NCBI GenBank assembly: GCA_051294375.1
Contig: CM119270.1
Span: 5,154,152 to 5,218,151 of the forward strand
Source: Paraspadella gotoi
Taxonomy: Eukaryota; Animalia; Chaetognatha
Length of the DNA: 64,000 nt
Direction: 5' to 3'
Part shown: positions 13,768 through 27,820 of the stretch, in pieces
How positions within the stretch are numbered: the stretch's first letter is position 1
Layout of the letters: each line of letters starts with the position of its first letter
Made by a program: the position numbers and the translations under genes
Notes under the pieces: generated by a model
What the model was told of the DNA's origin: nothing
The model's database searches: none
What the model saw: only the letters and a program-made list of their open reading frames with translations

Positions 13768-16700
13768 TAGAAGAGGAGAGAGTAAGAATAAAAAAAAAAG
13801 AGAAGAAAGGAAAGTTTGATTGAACGTTACGCTGAAAAGCGGAACAGCCCCTTTAATATGATGGAGGGCCGGCACGGGGGGGTGGCGGCAGAGAAGAGAG
13901 AGAGAGACAGAGAAGAGAGAAAGAAGAAGAGAGAGCGAAGAGGAGAGAGAGAGAGAGGAGAGAGAGAGGAGAGAGAGAGAGAGGTGAGGACGCGGTTTTT
14001 TGGTTTTTCTTGGCGAAAAAAAAAGTGACGCAAAAAATCGCCTCGAATTTTGCTCCCTTCGATGTTTTGTTAGCGTCGGACCGAGGAGAAGGATGCCCGG
14101 TAAAAAAAATGGGGGGGATGCCCGATGCCCTACTGCCGCTTCCCTAAAAAAGAGAGAGGGCGGCCCGAAGGTGAAGCGCTCGGCAGGAGGCGGGTCAACG
14201 ATGGAGGCGGGGGGCGGGGGGGGGGGGAGAGGTTGCCTCATTTCGCTGCAAGGAGGATTCGAGTTGGTTAGGGATCTCTGCAGGGTGAGGAAAGGGAAGG
14301 GGACGACTGTTTGAGGGTGGCGAGGGTAAGTGCGAGAAGGAATTGGGTAAGTTCGTGTTTGTACCTAATGGCGAACGGGGGAAGGCATTTCTATGTTGTT
14401 GTTTTAGTTGTTAATATATTTTAAGTTCTCTTTTTTTAGAATTAAGTATTTTTTCATACGTCGTCTCGTCGTCGTCTCTCTCTTGCTCTGGTACTAATTT
14501 TCTTATCTACATTTGGCGGCGAAATCGATATCTTCGATCAATAACCAAAGCGCAACTCCCCCCCCTCTCTCTCTTCTCTCATTTCTCTCCTCTCTCCTCT
14601 TCTTCTTTTTCGGTTCCTTTTCCTCTTTTTCTGCAAGCAAAACCCCGTCTGGGTTTTGAATTAGTCCCCTTTCTTAAAATCAACAAATTTAATTTTTACA
14701 TATTACAGTAATCCGGTTAAATACAAGTTCAAAAGCATGGACAATTTTTAGGCTCATTGTATGACTTAGCAATGGATTTCTTGAGAACGCAAATTTTAAG
14801 AAACCTCTGCTCAAAGAGGGCGTTAATTTCAGGGCGAAGCGAACGAAAAATAGTAACAGCGAAAATGTGAGTAATTTTAACCAAAATGCTTGAAATCGAG
14901 AGATTGTCTTTTCAGTCAGGTAATTTTGTAAAAAAAATAAAATAGAAAATTAATTAAATCAAAATATATATAAAATATTTTAACCGCCTCGCCGTCGTCC
15001 GTCGTGATAGTCGTCGTGATAGTCGTCGTCGTGTTCCAATGATTTATCCGACACGCTTCGCCCGCATTTTGCGCGCGCGATGATCAATAGCCTATGGGTA
15101 CGCGGTCTTTGATGACTCTCTTCTCTCTCTCTCATCTCATCTCCTCTCTCCTCCTCTCTCTCTCTCTTCCTCTCACGTCCTTCCCCTCGTCTCCGCACCC
15201 CCCGTCTCTCTCAATCGCAGCTCCTCTCTCCCTTCTCTCTTCTTTAGAACAAATCTGTTTATGCAAAACAGCTGGACATGCTGACCACCTATGTGCTACA
15301 CTACATTTGATAATTGGCCTCGATGGATCAATCCAGAGCCCAATATGCACTGTGCGTCGCAACAGTCAGTGACTGAGAGAGAAGAGAGAGAGAGAGAGGA
15401 GTGAAGAGAGAAGAGAGCGGAGAGAGAGAGAGAGCGAGAGGAGAGAGAGAGAGAGTAGACACGAGAGAGGAGAAGAGAGAAGAGAGAGAGCAGATTGGCC
15501 TGCAGAAAGGACAACGGTTTGTTCGTTCATTTTTCGCCATAATCTTGGAAGCGAAATCTCTAATGCCTCATTATATGGAATCAAGGATCCAGTTCAGGTA
15601 CTCGTCTTTTATCTCGTGTTATTGTCTGTGTTGTCTTTGTCTTCCTCCTTATGCAGCGGAAACAACAACAGTGAATTCGGTTTTAATCTTTTTTCTTCGA
15701 ATCCAAATCTCCCTAACTCGTTCTCTCTTGTCGCGTCTATGTTGTTCATCGGCTTTTTCCCAGTCGTAGGTAATTGATACAAAATTAATTCACTTCATTA
15801 CACTGCAATAACTATCTGTACTTTACAAGATTATCAGCACTAGCATGACAACTTCGCAAGCTTCCTTTAATCTCAAGACTCTCACAGTCTTACCATTACG
15901 CATCAGTTTACCTTAGCCGCTATTTTGTTATGAGCAGTGCACGAGTTCGCTCACTTGGTTATGTCGGTGTATCCTAAGACTGATAATTCACTACCATTAA
16001 AATACTATTTTGTAGTGTGTCACCTGTTAGATATCTAACTATGTGCTTCACGTGTGTTCGTTAGTGAGACAGTAACTGACACGTCAATATAAATATTAAA
16101 TCTATTCTATAATTTTTTCTTTTTCTATATATTATGATTTAATTTTTGGTATTTTTATTTCAATACTTATTTTTTCGTTTCTTGTTTTTCTTTTGTTTCC
16201 TAACTGTCAGCACCTTGGATATGATGAGAGATCGTGCACTCCGCTTCGAGGAGAAGTATTCTCGTTTTGACCAGAACTAACCAGAATCGTATCTTCTGAC
16301 CTTATATGAGTATCGTTCTAATGGTCCCTCGCCACTCCGAGATGCAAAGACAAGACACGATCAGGTATACAAGTAGCTCAACCTCACTAGCTTTGCTATT
16401 CTTACACGACTCCTTCTGCCCTCTCGCTTCATCGCACTCGCACTTCTTCCCTGCCCAGTTCTAGAGAGAGCCAAGACCTGCACCTTCGTTCTCTCTTCTC
16501 TCGTGACTTCACTTTCTTCACTGTGTTCCATGATACGAGCCTATATATAACTCATTCCGGTTGCTCTCAATTGTAGGTCGTTTTTTTTTTCACTGACCCA
16601 TGGGCGTACAGTAAAGCCGCAGCTCTCTAGGCGCCTAGAAGAGTGATTCCAAGAAGAAAGACGTGGAGCGTGGTCGCGAGATTTAAACAAATATCATTAA

Positions 16701-18939
16701 AGAGTGGAAAGCAAACGACAAGCGAACAAGAAATGACAGAGCGACGACTATCACGACGACGGGCGAGGATTAAAAAATAATGTTATGTAGAATGATAGTA
16801 CGAAGAAGAGATTATGGATTTAAGAAGAGTAGAGTAGAGAGAGATGAGAGAGATTTCTATTTATTGATTTTGATTAGGACAGAAGAAGTTTAGTTCTCTG
16901 ACATGGAAATTAAAAGAACTAATCTCAAATACATCGAATCTTTCCACAATAGTAAGTTTAATCAATTTCAGAATATAAGGACCTTTTAACAGTAAGCAAA
17001 GATATAAAGAAGGTAGATTCGGAAAGTTAAAATTAATTTTTAAGAGGAATTGTCTGAGTTGGGAAACGACAAAATGATTCAGTTGAGTGCGACGAGATTG
17101 GCCACGGAGTGGAGAGAGGAGGGTAGAATTAGATTCAGGACAAAAAAAAAAAAACGCAATATTTGAATATTGGATATTTTAGATTTCGAATGCTTCGATA
17201 TGTGACTTGGGTTCATATATTGCGAGGTTTTGAGCTTGCGAAGAGGAAGATAGGACAGAATTGTACCCAGGGCGGGGGAACTGGAGTTAGGGGAGAGGGC
17301 TCGGGGGGGGCGAAGCGAGGTGGGGGGGGGGGTCGGGCCAACGGAAGTGATTGGTGGATCAAGGAAGCAAACAGGGTTGAGAATAAGTGGGGGGGGCATG
17401 GGATTGCTGGTTAGCAGAGGCGATAGGATATAGCGTGTTGCTCAAAGAAGTCACATTGACGTAGGATCGGAAGTGGCTACAAGGTGAGCTGAGAGATAAG
17501 GGCATGATTCACAAACAGGGGAAAAAGAGAAAGGAAAAGGAAAGATAACGGGTGTAAACTCGACGTTAGACTGTATGTGGGTAAGGATAGATAAACAAAG
17601 AGACCGAAAATGTAGTGGCGTAGCAAAAGATAAGGAAAATCAAAGGAGTGAAAAAAATAAGGTGAACAACTATTTTCAGATGTCGTTTGGAAATACGAGA
17701 TCAGATGAAATTCAATGAAGTAATAATTTTAACTGATCGTATACTGTTCAGAGAGAGAGAAATACACACGATTTTAATTTTCTTTTTGATGAAACCGTTG
17801 ACTATATCTTTCCTCGTCTGACACGATCGAATGTGCAATTTTTTCCAACAGCCAGATTTAGCTTGATACAGGATACAACAACAAAAACACAAACGCGGCA
17901 CAACAACGTCCTAACAACGCCGAGACGTCGAACTCGTAAAGCCAAATTTGTTTGACCTCGGCATTGCTGTCTGTTGTTGTTGTCGTTTTTTCTATGAGGT
18001 CGTTGTATTAACGAAGAAAATGGTCCAACGAGAAAAGACGATGATCGGGAGTATGACGATTGTGATCCATACGCGAAGTGAAGTTTGAGAAAAGAAAAAC
18101 ACGTTTTTTCTTGCTCATGTAACAAGTTAGTTCTGATTGAATAGAAACTCCCCTCTCTCTCGTCTCTATGCAGTCTCATCGTACGATACTCTACGCTCAG
18201 AGATCTTTTTTTTTTTGTGTATGATATTTTTAAAAGATAGAGAATTTCAGTCTCACGATTGAACCGTTAAACGAGAATCTAGATGAATAGGTGAAAGTAG
18301 TGAACAATTTCCCCGGTTATATTTTTGGCTTTCTCTTTTTCCTCTTCTTTGAACCATATCTTGAAATCAAAGAATACTCAGAAAATATTTTCGACCCAGC
18401 ACCAAAGTGTAGATACAATTTACGAAGACGATATAAATTTATGGTACTTACTCCATTCCTTTTAAAGAATCACAAAATAATAAGCTAAATATAAGGAAGA
18501 AGAAATAAATGATCTGACGATGCTTATGTTGAATTGCAACTCGTCGATTCCAAAAATTCGAGACGAAATATTTATTTATCTGTTTAATTTCCCTCCAATC
18601 ACCAACATCATACACGTACATCTCTCTAAAAATCGCTCCAGAACATCTCTACCAGATATTCATTTCAACACTAAAACACCTAACATAAATTCGCCTTCCT
18701 TCCCCCCGTCTCGTCACTCTTGTCTGCTTCAAATCTCTCATATCCTCTTCTGAGTGGTCTCTCCTGACGATCTCGTCATACAACTGGCTAACCCCTTCTC
18801 ACTTCTAATTGGCTTCTGCAGCACCCTCTACCTCCTTCTTGTCTCTGCGGGCACTCGGATTGATGGGAGTTCAATCTACGATCGGTACGCTAACAGGACT
18901 GAGGATTGGACCGCACCTGATCCCGTCGGACCTTTCTTT

Positions 18940-19366
18940 CTCTCTTTATTTGAATCAGTCTTTTTCTTGAATCACTCCAGGCGAGAGAGCGCGTTTATTG
19001 CCCATGGGTCAAAAAAAAAANNNNNNNNNNNNNNNNNNNNNNNNNNNNNNNNNNNNNNNNNNNNNNNNNNNNNNNNNNNNNNNNNNNNNNNNNNNNNNNN
19101 NNNNNNNNNNNNNNNNNNNNNNNNNNNNNNNNNNNNNNNNNNNNNNNNNNNNNNNNNNNNNNNNNNNNNNNNNNNNNNNNNNNNNNNNNNNNNNNNNNNN
19201 NNNNNNNNNNNNNNNNNNNNNNNNNNNNNNNNNNNNNGTAGGGGAGGGTGGATACTTGAACCGATGTGTTGTTTTGCATCTCCGGGAGGCGAGGACCATA
19301 GGACGAATCAAAAGGTCAGAAGATCGATTCTGTAGTTTCAGGTCAAAAAAGAAAATACGAGGAAAG
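18940..19366 (-). repeat. Small inverted fragments of segment C (match about 20435-20780)
   Basis: gcgagagagcgcgtttattgcccatg is the reverse complement of 20711-20736; 19238-19366 matches 20435-20563. Confidence 0.8.
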
Positions 19367-19441
19367 NNNNNNNNNNNNNNNNNNNNNNNNNGATCACTCT
19401 CTCTCCTCATCTCTCTCTCTCTCTCATGACTCTCTCTCTCT

Positions 19442-19485
<44 letters not shown>

Positions 19486-19559
19486 TTTTCTCTCCTCTCT
19501 CTCCTCCTCTCTCCTCTACTTCTCGTCTCCACCCTCTCTTTCGAGCTCTCTCTCCTCTC

Positions 19560-22120
19560 TCTTCAGAACAAATCTGTTTATCAAAACATGCTGGACATGC
19601 TGAACCTATGTCGCTCACTACATTTGATAATTGAGCATGGATCAATCAACATATGCACGTCGTCGCAAAGTCAAGATGAGAGAGAAAGTAGAGAGAGAGA
19701 GGAGTGAGAGAGAAGAGAGGAGAGAGAGAGAGAGCGAGAGAGAGAGAGAGAGAGTAGACGAGAGAGAGAAGAGAGAAGAGAAAGCAGATTGGCCTGCAAA
19801 AGGAACAACGGTTTTGTTCGTCGTCAATTTTTCGCTATAATCTTGGAAGCGAAATCTCTAATGCCTCATTATATGGAATCGGACCAGTCGTCAGGTAACT
19901 CGTCTCTTTTCTCCGTTGTTGTTGTCTGTTATCTTTGTCTTCCTCCTTATGCGAGCGGAAAACAACAACAGTGAATTCTCGGTTTTATCTTTTTTCTTCG
20001 AAAAATCCAAATCTCATGAACTCGTTCTCTCTTGTCGCGTCTATGTTGTTCATCGCTTTTCCAGTCGTTAGGAATTGATACAAAATTATTCACTTCATTC
20101 ACATGCAATAACTATCTGTATCTTTACAAGATATAACACTAGCAATGACAACTTGAAGCTTCTTAATCTAAGACCTCACAGTCTCAAAGATAGTTTATTA
20201 GGATCCAGGCCATCCGAATTTCCACTTTATGAACTTTTTAAGGATGACCACTCCATAATTCATTTTATTGTCCCTAGATTTCTTAATTTTTCTGTTACTG
20301 TAGAGAAAGTCTGGACCCTAAAATATACTCATTCTATTAACTTTTCATCATAATCGTTTATATTTATTTAAATCTATCATTTCAACTATTTCGGTTTCCT
20401 TTTTCCTTTTTCCACTTCCCTTTGGGATTTTCACTTTCCTCGTATTTTCTTTTTATGAACCTGAAAGCTACAGAATGATCCTTCTGACCTTTTGATTCGT
20501 CCTATGGTCCCTCCCTCCCGGAGATGCAAAACAATCACATCGTTCAAGTATCCACCCCCTACCTTTTGCTTCTTCAGCCCTTCCTTCTACCTCCTTCTCC
20601 CTCCCTTCTGCCTCCTTCTTCCTCTCTTTTCCCTTCTTTTCTTCTTTGTTCCCTTAAACGCCTTTTTAATTCCTTGTTAAGGTGTAGGTCATTTTTTTTT
20701 TTTTTTTGACCATGGGCAATAAACGCGCTCTCTCGCCTGGATGATTCAAGAAAAAGACTGATTCAAATAAAAGAGAGAAAGAAAGAGAGAGAGAGAAGAG
20801 AGAGAGAAGAGAAGAGAGAGAGAGAGAGTGTTACAGATTATACCATAATTATAATAAGAATTTTTAAATATGTAAGAGATTTCAATTTCAGGATATATAT
20901 TTAACAGAAGCAAAGAATAAGGAGGTAGATTCCGAAAGAATAAATTTTCAGAGAAGATTCGAACAGGGAAAGATTCCAAGGAGCAAAAAAAAAAAAAAAC
21001 AATATTTAGGATTGGAAAAGATTGCGTAGCTGAGATTGATTTGGGTCAATCGAGGTTTTTGGGCAGCGAAGAGGAAATTAGGACAGATGCCCTGGGGGCA
21101 CTGAGGTTGGGGAGAGGCCGGGGGGGGGAAAGCGAGGGGGGGGGGGTCGGCCAAACGGAAGTGGAAGGTGGATCAAAAAGGGTTTGAAATAAGCGGGCAA
21201 TGGGGAGCGGGCGGCGAAGGAAAGTGGTAAAGGACGGGTGGGGGTAAGGGCTAAGGGGGAAGATGGGCAAAGGAAAAGGGGAAAAGAGAAAGGAAAAAAG
21301 GAAAGATAAAGGGTGAGACGTGGTTAGGGTAGGGATAGGAAGAAAGAAACCGAAAGGTGGAGCAAAGAAAGAAAAACGGAAGTGAAAAAAAGGGAACAAA
21401 ATCAGATTTGAAAATAAGAATCAGAATGAAATTCAATGAAGAATAATTTGATCGTTTCGAAATTTCACAACGATTTTTTCTTTTGATGAAACGCGTTGAC
21501 ATATAATTCCTTTCTCGTCTACACGATCAAGTGTGCAATTTCTCCAACGCCAGATTAGCTCAACGATATCAACAACACCAACAACAACGCTGCCAACAAC
21601 AGTCAACAACACCGAGAGTCGAACTCGTGAAACCAAATATTTTTGACCTCGGATTGGCCTGTCGGTTTGTTGTTTTGTCGTTGTTCTATTGAGGTCGATT
21701 CTTATTAACGAATAAAATTCCAACGAAAAAGACGATGATCGGATGATGATGACGATTGTGATCAAAACAACGCACGCCTGAAAGTTTTGAAAAAAAAAAC
21801 GTTTTTTTTCATGTCAAGTTGTTCCGCTTGAATTGAAACTCCCTCTCTCTCTCTCCTTTTTTTCTTTTTTTCTATTTCAAAAATAAAGATTCTTCTCAGA
21901 TTAAAACTTAAACGGAATCTAGTGAATAGGTGAATATGCAATTTCGGTTTATTTTGTTCTCCTCTTCTTTTGACATACTTGAACCAAAGAAGACCAAGAA
22001 ATAGTTGAACAACATTTACGAAACGATTTTGGCTTACTCCATTCCTTTTAATCACAACCATAGCTAAATTGAGAGATAATATTTCTTTAATTGTTCAACT
22101 CGTCGATCCAACAAGACAGA
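19560..22120 (+). repeat. Direct copy of segment C (about 15240-18600)
   Basis: Shared anchors agaacaaatctgttta and tcttggaagcgaaatctctaatgcctcattatatggaatc. The first copy is about 0.8 kb longer and very noisy at 15900-16900. Confidence 0.88.
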
Positions 22121-22239
22121 TTTATATTTACGTTTCCTCTCTCTCTCCCTGTCCTCTCTGCTCTCTCTCTCTCATCTCATCTCTCTCTCTCTCTCTCTCT
22201 CTTCTCTCATTTCCTCTCTCTCTCTTCTCTCCTCTCGTA

Positions 22240-25031
22240 CCAACAGATGAGGATTGACCGACTGACCGTCGGACCCCTTCCCTGTGCGGATCCTCACTGA
22301 CGCCACCTGCGCAAAACACTTAGGATTGTCGTCGTCGTATTCGCCGTCGTACAGTTGTCGTCGTTATATTCTTTCTTTGTCGTCGTCGTCGTGTTGTCCG
22401 TCGTCCCTTCGTCTTCCTCGATTAATAAGCGAACAAACAAACGCGAATGAGTCACGTGGTCAAGAATTGTATCACGTGACGTCTCGAAGGTTCACCTTCT
22501 CGTATTTCCTATTTCCTCGCTCACCTCTTTCCGTCACCACCCTTTCCTCACCCCGCTCCCACCCTCGTAACACCCGACCACCTCTTTTCGCCTCCGTAAC
22601 CTTCTCCACCCAAGACAGGCGCGAAGATTCGAGGGTCGGTCATTTCTCGATCAGCCCTCTTCACAAAAATCGTCTTCAGACTGCTCCGGCTCTTCGCTCC
22701 ACTTCCATCTCGAACTGACCAGGCCTGCGACTTTTCTTAATATATATTATGAAATTGCAAAATTACTTGTTTTCACTCCTTATTTTTTATTTTTCTTATT
22801 TAATATTTAATATTTTTTATGAAGGATTAGTATTAATCTATATTTTTATTATCAAACATATATTGCTGTTCTTTTTATAAATGTTTTTTTATCTAATAAT
22901 TCAATTATTTCTTATTATATATTCAACTAACTTTGGTTCCTTCGGTTTTATTATTGGTCTTTGAATCAATTATTTCATTATACTAGATGATTGTGATGTT
23001 TGGAGGGTTCGTTTTTCTTCGATTATTTTATTTTTATATATGCATATATTCAGGAGAATAAAAATCCTTTTCAACATGCGTGGGCATCCTTTAAGCTGGT
23101 TCTTTTTTATGCCATTCAATAATCGTACTGTCGGGTTGTTGTCTTTTACGTACGTCTTTTCTGATCGCCGTCAATTATAAACATCAGTACAGATTTGAAT
23201 CTTTCCTTTGTTGGGCGACGCATAATTTTCTCTCTCTCTCCTCTCTCTCTCTCTCCTCTCTCTCTCATCTCTCTCTCTCGTCTCATCTCTCTCTCTCTCT
23301 CTCTCTCTCATCTCTCTCTCTTCTATCCGATTTTTCTTGTGAATTCATTTGCATCTTGAACTGAATGTTATACTTTGGAAGCAAGAAATTTCGCTTTTAT
23401 CGAAATTAGTAAAGCAAAAACCAAAAAATTAAATTAACAATAAAAAAAAAATAAAAAACAAATAATAATTGTAAAAAAGGAAAAATACAATGCTTGCGGT
23501 TTGAAACTCTGAAACTTCGAATGAGTGAGGTCACTCGAATCTGCGATAGACGTGAAATATTTGCTAAATAGTATAATTGTATTGAATACGTAAATTTAAA
23601 AAAGTGAGATGAACATGTAAATGATGAGCGTGCGCGGATGAATAGATTCTAAGGACGGACTGTTTCATTTGACAATTAACTATTTAAGACGAAGAGATAA
23701 CTTGGATTTTAGTTTCGTCTTAAAAATTCATTTAATCAATTTTTCTCGGTTTTGATTCTGGGCCGGAATCCTGTCAGAATCAGTTCCCACTCATTTTTAG
23801 TTTTTTTCAAGATCGGCGCGTTAAAAAATTTGTTTTCTCTTCTTCTCTCTTCTCTCTCTCCTCCTCTCTCTCTCTCTCTCTCTCTCATCTCATCCTCTCT
23901 CCTCTCTCTCCTCTCTCTCTCTCTCCTCGTCTCTCTCTGTCTCTGTCTCTGAGAGGACCGGTTCTTCCTTCCTTTTATTTCTGAATGTAACCAATACCAG
24001 CAGCAGAGGAGAAAAAGGCGAGAAGAGGGCTGAAGAAGCCTGAGTGGAGAAGAAGAAAGAAAGAAAAGAAAGAAGAAAGAAAGAAAGAAAGAAAGAAGAA
24101 AGAAAGAAAGAAAAGAAAGAAAGAACAATAGTAATTTTAAAAAAATTAGAAAGACTCAAAATGAAGAAAAACAACCCGGCGAATTCTTTAGCAATAAAAC
24201 CAAGACGTTAAGACATAAGACAAACTGCAGAAGATTCCCTACAATTAAGTTTTACGATTTCGTAATTTCGGGTCAACAAATTCGACGCCCGTAAACAAAA
24301 TTACGACTCGAAATATTCTTTGTAAAATTTTTTTTAACTACACTTTTTATCTAAAATTTGCACACCTGGCGTGAATAACTGTACCTAAAGTTAAAAGAAA
24401 TATTAAATAAAAAAATCGGAGAAAGAAGGCAAAATTTTTAATTGTTTGAAAATATTTATGGTTCTTCTTTTTTTGCGACGGTTTGAAATTTGACAGCATA
24501 AAACCCGACAAGCCGACGAGATTTATAATCTTTAACGACGCGTTTTGAAACGACAACCACGCGCATAGCGTAATGGCGCCGGTAAACATAAAAAAAAGAG
24601 GATCTAATGAAGAGACGATTTGTCAGACGGAAGACGAACGTCTTTGCGTCGATGCGTTCGAAGGTCAAAGAAAGAACTAATAATAGTTATAAATAAATTT
24701 AAAACTGGGAAACGAGTCCTGACTCGATCAAGAGTCTAGACACAAAAGAGGCATTCAAGAACAGCCTCTGTCGCGTGGGGCGGGCGGGGGGGGGAGGTGA
24801 GAGAGATTTACTAGAAAGGAAAAAAATGTCGTAATTCGTCTCAAGCATATAAATTCTGAGCGAATTCAGATTTTTGTAAGGATCGTAAATTAATGTGATT
24901 ATGTAGAGTTTCAATCAATTAAAATAATGAATCATTGATGACTGTATTAAGCCATTAATGATAGTGAGGATAGTGAGACAAAATAATCAGTCAAAGGGAT
25001 AAGAATAACATACAATAAATAAATAAATATA

Positions 25032-25062
<31 letters not shown>

Positions 25063-25072
25063 ATATATAAAA

Positions 25073-25143
<71 letters not shown>

Positions 25144-26050
25144 ATCAAATAAATAATATAAATATAAATAAATTAATTAATTATTAATTTTCAGTAATAA
25201 TAAATATTATACTTTTATTTTTGGTAATACTTAGCTTGTCTCAATCACACGCCGTCTCCTTTACAGTGAAAAAAAACTGGTGACTGGAGCCTTGTTTGGC
25301 GCGGAAAATCTTGTGATAAAAAGAAAACTGATAAAACAACGTGACAAATATTGAGGTGACAAATGGATAATGACGAGAGTTAAATAATGTCTTTTAATCT
25401 TTTGTTTGGAAGGCGAAAAGAAAAATGCGATAATAAAAAAAGAAAAAATATCGTAAAAAATGAGGAGGGTTGACGTCCAACCGGTTTTGAGTCGAATTCG
25501 CGAAAAAGGAAAAGATTTCTCCGAACATTTTTAATCGGACTTGATTCGTTTATTTTGATTGATTACATTGATAGTGTATTAAACAATTCTGTCGACGTAT
25601 TTCTTTTCGGAGTAAGAATTTAGATAACCGGTTGAAATAAATGTCTCGATAACAAGATAAGTTTTTTGGAATTCTGGCAGTTTTTTTTTCATTATTGTGA
25701 ATATTGTTTCGCTAACTTAAGTTTTCAATCAAACGATTGTTGCTTCGTTGAAAGTTGCAAACTTTTAAATAATTTTTTCTCACAGCGGCATTTAATCATT
25801 TATCCTGAATTTCCAATAATTCCCATTAATGTTTCTCACGAATTGACAATCTGTCAATTACGATTATTTGAACTTCAACGATCTAGACTAAGATCTAAGA
25901 TCCAAGACCAAGTCGAGTCCACGCCTACGTCTAAGACGAGGTTCAGTCTGAGAAATACAACGAACTTAATCATCAATCCTCTTTTTCTCTCTAACTTTCG
26001 ATCGCTGAATCAAACTCACTAAACTCCTATCAACGATCTTACCTACTTAT
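22240..26050 (-). repeat. Inverted copy (A') of segment A (1-6707), with the internal tandem duplicates present only once
   Basis: For example, 25981-26050 is the reverse complement of 1-70, 22600-23230 matches 5440-6060, and 22240-22510 matches 6440-6705. Confidence 0.92.
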
Positions 26051-26339
26051 CGGCTCTCTTCTTAACTCTCACCGTCTCGCCCTACTTTTTTTTGTGTTCC
26101 GGACGGAAAATCTTCTCTCTCCTCTCTCTCTCTCCTCATTCTCTCTCTCTCTCTCTCCTCTCTCATCTCTTCTCTCTCTCTCTTCCTTCTCTCATTCTCA
26201 CACATCTTCCTTTGTGCGTTTTTTCTTCCCTCTTTAAATCTTTGTTTTGTTTTTTTTCATTTCATTTCGTTCGACAAATGAAAAAGATGGCGGTTTTTTT
26301 TTTTCATCCCGCAAAAAGGTTAGATGCCAAAAGAAAAGA

Positions 26340-26712
26340 AAGGAGGAAAGTGTGGAGGAAAGAGAGGAGGAAAGTGAGGAGAAAAAGTGGAAGAGGAAAA
26401 TGAGGAGGAAAGTGAGGAGGAAAGTGAGGAGGAAGTGAGGAGGAAAGTGAGGAGGAAAGTGAGGAGGAAAGTGAGAAGGAAAGTAAGAGGAAAGTGAGGA
26501 GGAAAATAGGAGGAAAGGAAGGAGGAAAGTTGAAGGAAGGAAAGTGAGGAGGAAATGAGGAGGAAGTGAGGGAAAGTAGGAGGAAAAGTGAGAGGAAAAT
26601 TGAGGAGGCAAGTGAGGAGAAAAGTGAGGAGAAAAAGTGAGGAGGAAAGTGAGGAAGAAAGTGAGGAGAAAAGTGAAAGAAAAGTGGAAGAGGAAAGTGA
26701 GAGTAAAGTGAA
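26340..26712 (+). repeat. 12-bp purine-rich minisatellite (GAGGAGGAAAGT)n, about 30 units
   Basis: Direct reading of the sequence. Confidence 0.9.
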
Positions 26713-27744
26713 AGAGAAGAAGAGAATAGGAACTTAGAACAATGAAGGTTTGGTTAGATTGCGGCGTGTCTAATTGACCAGTAACAAAGTGGGGAGAAAA
26801 AACGCCTCGTCTGTCTCTTTGTCTCTCTCTCTCTCTCTCTCTCTCATCTTCTCTCTCCTAATCGTTCCTCTCTCTCTCTCTCTCCAGATTGAAGGGCGAA
26901 GCGTTGTTAATGAGGAAGAATGTCAAACATCCTTTTCGAAATAAAAACATTTCAAACTTTTTAAAAACGATCTTCGAGCCGGTGAAAATTATTGATAAAA
27001 AACATTTTAAACTAATGTCTCGCTGAAGGGCTTGAAGAATGTTAAAAAGATATTAGTTTGAAAATCCATAAAAAGAAACTTGTTCCCGCCTGCTCGTGAC
27101 GGGAAAAAAATGTAGAATTCTTTTATTGACTTTTACTTATTGTTTTTTTGTTTGTTTTTTTTTTTTGACATGATAATTGGACAACGGTTTTCAAATTTCA
27201 CATTGATTTTTTATTTTTCTCAAAATATTTATATATTTTCATATTTTTATCTCTTAGAGTAATTGCTAATATGTATCATTCCGATTGATTATTCACTTTT
27301 TCCCGTAATTTGTTTAACTTTTTTTTACTTTTATCTTTAGGGCTTTCCTGAGTCATTTCTCTGTCTTGTTCTTCTTTCAGTTTTTAACATGCCTTTTTCT
27401 CTGACTATAATTTTTTTCGCAGTAATTTAACACACTTTTTACTTTTCTTTTCTTTATTTTTTTGCTTAGTTACTTATAATTAGTAACTTAAGTAACTAAT
27501 CTAGTATTTTAATTTAAATGTATGTTGAATTTCTTGGATTGTTTTTTCTTAAATTTTATTAATAAAATTCTACACTTTAAGTTAACGTTTTTGCGTTGAT
27601 ACAATACGATTCCAATCGCAGAAAACTTTTTACCGGTGGGACAAAAAAATATCTTTTTTTGTAGGAGGAAATAATTAGAATTTATTTTATTGGTTTCGCT
27701 CGAAAGATAGAAAGAATACGTTTTGTTTTAATTCCAACGGATTT

Positions 27745-27820
<76 letters not shown>

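Noticed and set aside
13990-14355. Possible coding exon ending at GAGG|GTAAGT (about 14326)
   Set aside because: No recognisable protein, and reading frames disagree between the two copies; a non-coding exon cannot be excluded.
19590-19670. Possible small RNA hairpin (gctca...tgagc)
   Set aside because: The stem is only about 6 bp, is not preserved in the other copy, and matches no RNA family I recognise.
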